From Octopus sinensis (taxonomy: Eukaryota): a stretch of 64,000 nt of DNA. Below the pieces are notes generated by a model. That model was not told where the DNA came from. It made no database searches and saw only the letters and a program-made list of their open reading frames with translations. A program made the translations under genes and the position numbers. Shown in pieces: positions 56,863 to 64,000 of the stretch (its first letter is position 1; each line of letters opens with the position of its first letter). Location of the stretch: assembly GCF_006345805.1 (NCBI RefSeq), contig NC_043009.1:70680001-70744000 (forward strand), in the 5' to 3' direction.

Positions 56863-57719
56863 CCTGGGTCCCTTGACTGTGGTGGTCTTGAGTGCTGTTG
56901 TGAGTGCCCCTGGCTCTGAAGACGATGTATCCAGGCCAGTTGTCCCACAATTTTCTCTGCCATTTCCACAAAATTTCTTTGTTCTGCTGCCGCCGTCTGC
57001 ATTTCCTCTGCAAATGTGCGCCTTCTCCTTGTTGGGGCATTACGCACTATGTCTGCATATTTCTGGGGCAGCTTGTATTTGTTCTGGTTTTGGTTAAGGC
57101 ATTTTGGTCGAGTGGGTTTGATGCAATTTCCATAGGGCCTGGGATGAGCGAACCTGCATCCTTCCCCTGTTTCTCCATGCCAGCAGGTTCCATTCCGGAA
57201 GAATTTGCATGTTATCTGGGTTTTCTTGTCCCCAGTTCCTCTCTGTTTTTTCTTCCTCCCTGTTGGACGGTTGTCCACTGGTTCCTTTCTGCATAGGTCT
57301 TTTCATCCGGGTGGTTATTTTCTGTTTCCCCATCGCTGCCTATCTGTTGTTTGCCCTGCTTGCCTTCTTCGACTGTGGCAGTGGGCGTGTCATTTTTTGA
57401 CACTCTGTGGTTGGTGTTTCCTGTTTCCATCTTTCTCTCTTTGTCTTTGTCCACCTTGAGGACTTGGCTTAGCAAAGCCATGTGTGGTGCAATGAGAGTG
57501 TAAGCCCTTTCGACTTCTCTTTTCTTCCTCTCTACTTGCGCCAACGTCCTCATAAAGCCATGGCTTTTCAGGGTCGCCGCTATGTTTTTTAGTTGGTTGC
57601 GATCTGTCGGCCGAGCTCCATCCTCTGATGAAAACTTCCAGCTCTACTTTCGTCCAGTTACGCTGGCTTTTGTTGACGCCAGTGTTTGCATTCACCTCTA
57701 ATTTTTGCATGTTGTCCAT
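56781..57719 (-). pseudogene. LINE ORF1 with N-terminal Myb/SANT (trihelix)-like domain and CCCH zinc finger (frameshifted)
   Basis: Removing one A from the A-run near 57590 gives WTKVELEVFIRGWSSADRSQPTKNIAATLKSHGFMRTLAQVERKKREVE; later CKFFRNGTCWHGETGEGCRFAHP. Confidence 0.75.
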
Positions 57720-57877
57720 TCCGTTGTAGCGGGAGAGAGAGAGAGAGAAGCTGTGAGGGAAAAAGGGAGAAGGGAGGAGAGAGGAAGAGATTGTGATTGT
57801 GAGGAGGGAGGAATTATATTATATATTTATATTAATTTATATTAATCTAATAGTGCAATAGGGGGTAGGGAGAAAGT

Positions 57878-58172
57878 AGAGAAAGGGAGCGTCTATGTAC
57901 TTAAGGAGAAATTGGGAGCCGAGAGTAAGAGAGAAGAGGAAGAGGAGAGACTGAGAGCTGAAGGAAGAGAGAGAAAGCGTCTATCTCCTTATATGTATCC
58001 GAGAGAGGAGAGTAAGTTAGAAGAGAAAGGGAGCGTCTATGTACTTAAGGAGAAATTGGGAGCCGAGAGTAAGAGAGAAGAGGAAGAGGAGAGACCGAGA
58101 GCTGAAGGAAGAGAGAGAAAGCGTCTATGTCCTTATATGTATCCGAGAGAGGAGAGTAAGTTAGAAGAGAGA
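57878..58172. repeat. Purine-rich tandem duplication, 2 x 144 bp
   Basis: gaaagggagcgtctatgtac at 57881 and 58025. Confidence 0.9.
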
Positions 58173-58362
58173 AATGGAGAGATAGAAGAGAGTAATGGAG
58201 AGACAAAGAGAAGCGGGAGAGAAACTGAAGAGATAGGGAGAGAAGGAAGAAATATAGAGAGAATTTATATATTTGAAAGAGGGGAGTAAGATAGAATGAG
58301 AGCTATGAAGAGACAAGGAGAAGCGTGAGTGAGAGAAACTGAAGAGACAGACAGAGAGAGAG

Positions 58363-58762
58363 AGAGAGGGGAGAATTCTAAGCGAAGCTATTTGTACACA
58401 CACACACACGCGTATACATACATACACACATATACACATGTGTGCACACGCACATATATAAACAGTAGTACCAAGTGAGTATATAAAGAAACAATAATAA
58501 TAATAATGAAATAGCTGAAAGAAAACAATCCAAGAGATTTTACAGAATTTAAGCAGAGAAAAAGAGAGGGGAGAATTCTAAGCGAAGCTATTTGTACACA
58601 CACATACACGCATACACATACACACATATACACACGTGTGCACATGCACACATATAAACAGTAGTACCAAGTGAGTATATAAAGAAACAATAATAATAAT
58701 AATGAAATAGCTGAAAGAAAACAATCCAAGAGATTTTACAGAAATTAAGCAGAGAAAAAGAG
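58363..58762. repeat. Tandem duplication, 2 x 200 bp (partial third copy near 58868)
   Basis: gagaattctaagcgaagc at 58371 and 58571. Confidence 0.9.
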
Positions 58763-59624
58763 AAAAGAAAATATGTATTTGTCGCTACAGACAATACAAT
58801 GTATTCTAAAATAAAAAATAAAAACTAATTGCGACTATACTTTTAACACACACATATACATACACAAAGAGATTTTACAGAATTTAAGCAGAGAAAAAGA
58901 GAAAAGAAGATATACATTTGTCCGTCGCTAAAACAATGTCTTCTAAAAATAATTGCGGCTATACTTCTAACACACACATATACATACACATAGATATATT
59001 ATTATTTTCTGTTTGAAAGAACACTAATGATAACAAAATAAGTAATATTTTTTTTTTCTTACCTTACCGGCTGAGAGAGAGAGTACTTACGCGATTCCTT
59101 TTTATGAGAAAGGAAGATAGATAGACAAGACAGACCTTTTATTCCTTTTATTCCCCAAGCGCACTTTGTAAACAAAAGGGATTTGAGTTTCGATGTAGCA
59201 CGTGCAACAGGTTGAGGAATACTTTCTGTATTTCCCTAAGCGATTTGGTATTAAGCAGCAAATTTTCAGAGGCTTTTTTCAGAACACGCAGATATACATC
59301 AAAAACGAAAATATCCTGTGTCTTGTTGATTCACAGACGAAGAATAAAATTCACTTCGATTTCGGGAAAGTAACACACGTGCGTTTTAAACACGTATATT
59401 CGCGAGTATGTTCTAGTTGCACAACACATATATCAAGCGAAAATATTCTCTTCTCAAATACAGTGACTTGTTGTACTTTTCACTTATATTCGCTTTGCAG
59501 ACAGACAATTCGCTTCTGATAACATCGATCTCTGGAAGAAATTCCTTAATGTTTAGGAGAGAGACGTTAACACACTTGTTATTAGTTCAGCGCCATCTTT
59601 ATATATGTATATATATATATATAC

Positions 59625-59664
<40 letters not shown>

Positions 59665-59688
59665 GTATATATATATATATATATATAC

Positions 59689-59730
<42 letters not shown>

Positions 59731-59830
59731 GTATATATATATATATATATACATATGTATATATATATATATATATACATATGTATATATATATATATAT
59801 ATACATATGTATATATATATATATATATAC

Positions 59831-59870
<40 letters not shown>

Positions 59871-59966
59871 ATATATATGTATATATATATTATATATATA
59901 TATTATATATATATATGTATATATAAATTGATCAAAATAAAATAAAAACATGATGCGAAGGATTCA

Positions 59967-60043
59967 GCGTACATATGTTTCGGGCCTTTATTAGACAGAT
60001 TTATAACAATGCATAATGTATGTCTGTGGCCTTCTTCAGCCGC
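59967..60043 (-). ncRNA. Type I hammerhead ribozyme with extended stem II (Penelope-like fragment, about 59935-60190)
   Basis: Minus: CTGAAGA-A-GGCC-ACAGA..TCTGT..GGCC-C-GAA-ACATATGT-A-CGC; palindromic stem III, GUA site; stem I weak. Confidence 0.5.
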
Positions 60044-62104
60044 GCACAACAGCTTCCACAAGGACATGTGTTACATCAAAAAATTCTTGGTTGGGGATGC
60101 AAATCCTCTCATTCACGTACGACATAATGCGGCAGCAGCATAGAATTGAAGCGTCCATCTCTTTCTTCTCTCAATGTAGAATGAGGAAAATTGGATGTTG
60201 AGGTAATGTAAATAAATAAATACATATATTAGGTGAAGATGGAGGGGCGAAGATTCGGGACGAGGGAAAAATGTATAAAAAGTGTAAGTATAGAATAATA
60301 TAAAAATGTAGAGGATAAATATATAAAGAGTTGTTAGGAGATGTAAAGGGGTATAAAGAATATAAAGAAATATAAATAAATATAAATAAATGTAAAGGCA
60401 TAAGGTTATAAAGTAAAAATAGAAATAAATAAAAGTAAAAAAAACTGATAAAACCATGATAAAAGTGTAAAAGAATATAAAGATAAGGGATGTATAGAGG
60501 TTACGGACCAAGCATGGTGGTCAGGAGATTGATAAAATTTAGTTGTAGAATTGTCAGTAAATCAACAGTTTCGTCTGGGGACTTAATGCGTTGTAAATCA
60601 GAGCTGATGAGCATTTAATCTGGTTCCTTGAATTAAATGGACTTCTAGTACATACATATCATCATGGATACTACACCCACATACACGCGTACATATACGC
60701 CTCCAAGCCTATAAGCATACACACGCACTCGCGCGTAAACACGTACATAAACACCACGCACCCACACGCACGCGCGTACACACCATATACAACAGAATAT
60801 CCGCATATATACCCGGACATTACGCGCGTACACGCTCACATGTATATACGCGCGCCCATCACTACATACACACACGTATATGCCCACGCCTCTATGTCCA
60901 GGTATAAGATATTAAAGGATGTGGTATAAGAACGTAAGTAAAGAATCCCGTACTCATGTCAACATGCGCACGCACACACGGCTGTGTGTCCGTATGTGCG
61001 TGCACATATACACACTCATAACACACACAGAGAGACACGCGCACACGGGTATAGCTATAAGATATCGAAGTATATCATGTACATATATGCGCGTGCATAT
61101 GTATGTGTGCGTACACACACGTACGCGACGCTCGTATATTCAAAAGGTGGATCCATAGGTAAGTAAATAAACATATATAGAGGTGTAAAGCGATAAGTTA
61201 GGGGTAAGAATGAGGGTAAGGGTAAAGATTGAAATAAAAAATACAGTATAAAATAAGAAATACAATGTAATAGTTAGAAATGAAGTATAGAATTATAAAA
61301 ATTATAAGAGTTAAGGTAAGGGATGAAAATGAAAATGAAGAATAAATGGAAGTAGAATAAAAGTAAAAATAAAATTAAAATAAAATAAATGGAAGTAGGA
61401 TAAAAGTAAAAATAAAAGTAAAAATAAAATAAAATAAAATAAGATAAAATATAAAATAAGATAAAATAAAATAAAATAAAATAAAATAAAATAAAATAAA
61501 AAAAGATAAAAATATAATTTTGTAAAGTTTAACATGAGATGAATGTGGTTTGAAGTTAGAGTGTGTGTGTTAAACGTAGGGGCGGGCGGGGGGAACTGAA
61601 AATTGGAAGGGTGGGAAGTGGAGTTTGGCGGTGTGCGTTCAACATCTGAGTTAGAAATGTGAAAGGGTATAGATGTAGGGAATTAAAGAGACTACATAGG
61701 GAGGATATGGGTGTAGGAGAAGAAATATTTAGGGAAAAGAAGTCATATATGGGAGACAAAATTTGTATATATAGGGGGAAAATGCAGGGAACCGTATATG
61801 CACATACACACACCCACACACAACACACACACACGCACATGTATATATATATGTATGTGTACACATACGTACACGTATGTGCACATACATACGCACACAC
61901 ACACACACACATACACACGCACATATAGGAAAGCGGGATGTATATATATATGTATATATATATATATATATACATATGTATATATATGTATATATATATA
62001 TGTATATATATGTATATATATATATGTATATATATGTATATATATATACATATGTATATATATATACATATATAGATTGAATTAATATATATGTTCCATT
62101 CTAG

Positions 62105-62154
62105 CAAAAACTGTCTGATGAACGGCAACGAGAAACTCAGAGTAACAGATTTTG
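62105..62154 (+). ncRNA. Type I hammerhead ribozyme (Penelope-like terminal fragment, about 62085-62185)
   Basis: Stem I CTGT(62111-14)/ACAG(62145-48) extended by CAAAA/TTTTG; core CTGATGA; stem II CG-GCAA-CG; GAAA; stem III ACTC-A-GAGT; GUA site. Confidence 0.68.
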
Positions 62155-62351
62155 TTGAATTTTCTGCTGCTTAAAATAAAGTATATACATATATATACAT
62201 ATGTATGTATGTATACATACATACGTACATACATACATACATACATACATACATACATACATACAGAATACTGATTCTGCAGTAGATTTAGGAATTCATT
62301 ATTTCATTCATATTTGTTTTCAAGAAATATTGATTTCTACTTGGTAATGCA

Positions 62352-63241
62352 CCTACTATGATAGGAATTGTTTCTGTTTTCAGATTCCACATTCTAGTTA
62401 CCTCTATTCCCAGGTCTTTGTATTTTGAGAGTTTCTCCATTTCTTTTAGAGACACGTTGTCATCTGCCGGTATTGATACATCAATTAGAAAGCATTTTTT
62501 TTCTTTCATGATCTCTGACAACTATATCTGGTCTGTTGGCCTTAATTTCTCTAACTGTGTGTATTGGCATATCCCATAGTATGGTTGCTTTCTCATTTTC
62601 TGTAAGCTTTTCTGGTATGTGCCTATACCATTTTTTTCTGTTGTTATTCCATAATGTTGGCATAGCTTCCAGTGTATGTATGTCCCAACTCTGTCGTGTC
62701 TGTGAATATATTCCTTCTAAGCCAGGACTGGGCAGCCAGAGATAATATGATTTATTGTTTCTTGTCCATCTCCACATATTCTGCAGTTACTTGTAATATT
62801 TCTTTTCATTACATGTTTTTGGTAATTTCTGGTGGGGAGGCTCTGGTCTTGTGCTGCAATTAAAAATCCCTCCGTCTCTGCTTTGAGTCCTGAGCTTCTC
62901 AACCATTGCTGGGATTTTTCTTTGTCGATATCTTTTGCATTTAGTTTAGTCCAGTATTTACCATGAAGGGGCTTTTCTTGCCATCGTTTTATCTTGGTCC
63001 GTTACTGTTCTAGTTTTCGTTTGGATTTCATTTGTTTTATAGCTTTGTCGTGTTTTCTTCTCCTTCTTCTTCTTCTTCTTCTTCTTCTTCTTCTTCTTCT
63101 TCTTCTTCTCTTCTTCTTCTTCTTCTTCTTCTTCTTCTTCTTCTTCTTCTTCTTCTTCTTCTTCTTCTTCTTCTTCTTCTTCTTCTTCTTCTTCATATTT
63201 GTTAGGTGGTATGATTTCTTGTTTGTATTTGTCAGGTTTGT
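62352..63241 (-). mobile_element. R4/Dong-clade non-LTR retrotransposon fragment A (CCHC + restriction-like endonuclease)
   Basis: WQEKPLHGKYW..WLRSSGLKAETEGFLIAAQDQSLPTRNY..CRICGDGQETINHIISGCP..ANRPDIVVRD..CFLIDVSIP..EKLSKYKDL..IIVGAL; 3' end missing. Confidence 0.92.
63055..63195 (-). repeat. (GAA)n microsatellite inside R4/Dong fragment A
   Basis: Long (TTC)n tract on the plus strand with element sequence on both sides. Confidence 0.95.
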
Positions 63242-63257
63242 ATTATTATTATTATTA

Positions 63258-63526
63258 CTCTATGTTTGACTTTTGCTTTATATTTGTACAAGTTGGCTCC
63301 AAGTTTCACTCAGAGACCTCAAGAAACAACAGGCTGGAAGTTCGTGTTGTTGTTATGCCTAGCGTGCCATATATTTGGTTTTGTATTTAGTGTTGTACTA
63401 GTGAATGTCTAAAAAAAAAGAAAATTATGTTTGTTTTAAAACATTACATAGAAAGTATTTTGCGTAGGATATTAGCAGTTCCCATGAGCACTATCTTTTG
63501 AATTGAGCAGTTCCCATGAACACTTA
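63258..63526 (-). mobile_element. R4/Dong fragment B (ORF end + 3' UTR, 5'-truncated)
   Basis: Minus IQKIVLMGTANILRKILSM* (stop 63444-46), then 3' UTR ending in (TAA)n at 63241-63257. Confidence 0.75.
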
Positions 63527-63572
63527 TCATTATTATTATTATTATTATTATATTATTATTATTATTATTATT

Positions 63573-63938
63573 CATATACACTCAACAAATTAGACTGTTG
63601 GAAAAGAAAAGAATCCTAACATCAGGCTACAACAAATTGCCTTAGATGGCAAGAACCCTCCTAAGTATCTTGGTTGTCCCTAATAACACTGTTTTTGCAG
63701 CTCTACTAAACTGGGTTTTATGCCTATTTTTCTTTATCTATCTGTTCAGATCTCTAGGGATAGTCCTCAATGCCCCTATAACTACTGGGATACATTTTAT
63801 CCGCACTCTCCATATCTCCATAGTCTCTGTAATTCAATGGCCAGGTCCTGGTACTTTGCTATATTTCTATACTTCTCATTAATTTTTCCTCATTTGGGAC
63901 TGTAAAGTCAATTATCTGGCACTTTCTATCCTCTTTAT

Positions 63939-63940
<2 letters not shown>
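63573..63940 (-). mobile_element. R4/Dong fragment C (RLE C-terminus + 3' UTR, 5'-truncated)
   Basis: Minus CQIIDFTVP..KYQDLAIELQRLW..CIPVVIGAL..TVLLGTTKILRRVLAI*; flanked by (TAG)n at 63939-63972 and (TAA)n at 63529-63572. Confidence 0.8.
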
Positions 63941-63971
<31 letters not shown>

Positions 63972-64000
63972 GTGGCCAGTCACGCAGACGGCGCAATACG

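Larger units (their letters stand above)
53764..57812 (-). mobile_element. Near full-length APE-RT LINE family 1 (copy A); clade tentatively Proto2/CR1-like, needs phylogeny
   Basis: Pyrimidine-rich 5' end, ORF1, overlapping ORF2 (APE + RT), 3' stem-loop and GAGTAA tail; TA/AT-rich flanks. Confidence 0.95.

Noticed and set aside
60560-60625. CTGATGA and GAAAC motifs
   Set aside because: They are on opposite strands and cannot form one ribozyme.
62994-63269. Poly-K/R and poly-F/L ORFs
   Set aside because: Translations of the (GAA)n tract.

Overview
AT-rich eukaryotic non-coding DNA dominated by mobile elements and (TA)n/(TATATG)n microsatellite arrays. From recalled SINE sequences and the repeat landscape it is most likely a coleoid cephalopod such as Octopus (inference). 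No host protein-coding gene could be supported, and most ORF-track entries are microsatellite artefacts. Recognisable content: (1) six copies in four families of one APE-RT LINE clade, including a near full-length copy (53764-57812, minus) whose ORF1 has a Myb/SANT-like domain and a CCCH finger, all lying in TA arrays and sharing a covarying 3' stem-loop with a tRNA-SINE; (2) about 11 type I hammerhead ribozyme motifs in Penelope-like terminal fragments, including a tandem ~476-bp hammerhead array with an inverted copy (46433-47986) that looks like a retrozyme; (3) an internally deleted Helitron with a Pif1 helicase remnant; (4) three different R4/Dong elements stacked head-to-tail in TAA/TAG microsatellites; (5) RTE, Tx1/L1 and SINE remnants, a 40-bp minisatellite and several long inverted repeats. 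Frequent single-base indels suggest some frameshifts are long-read assembly errors.
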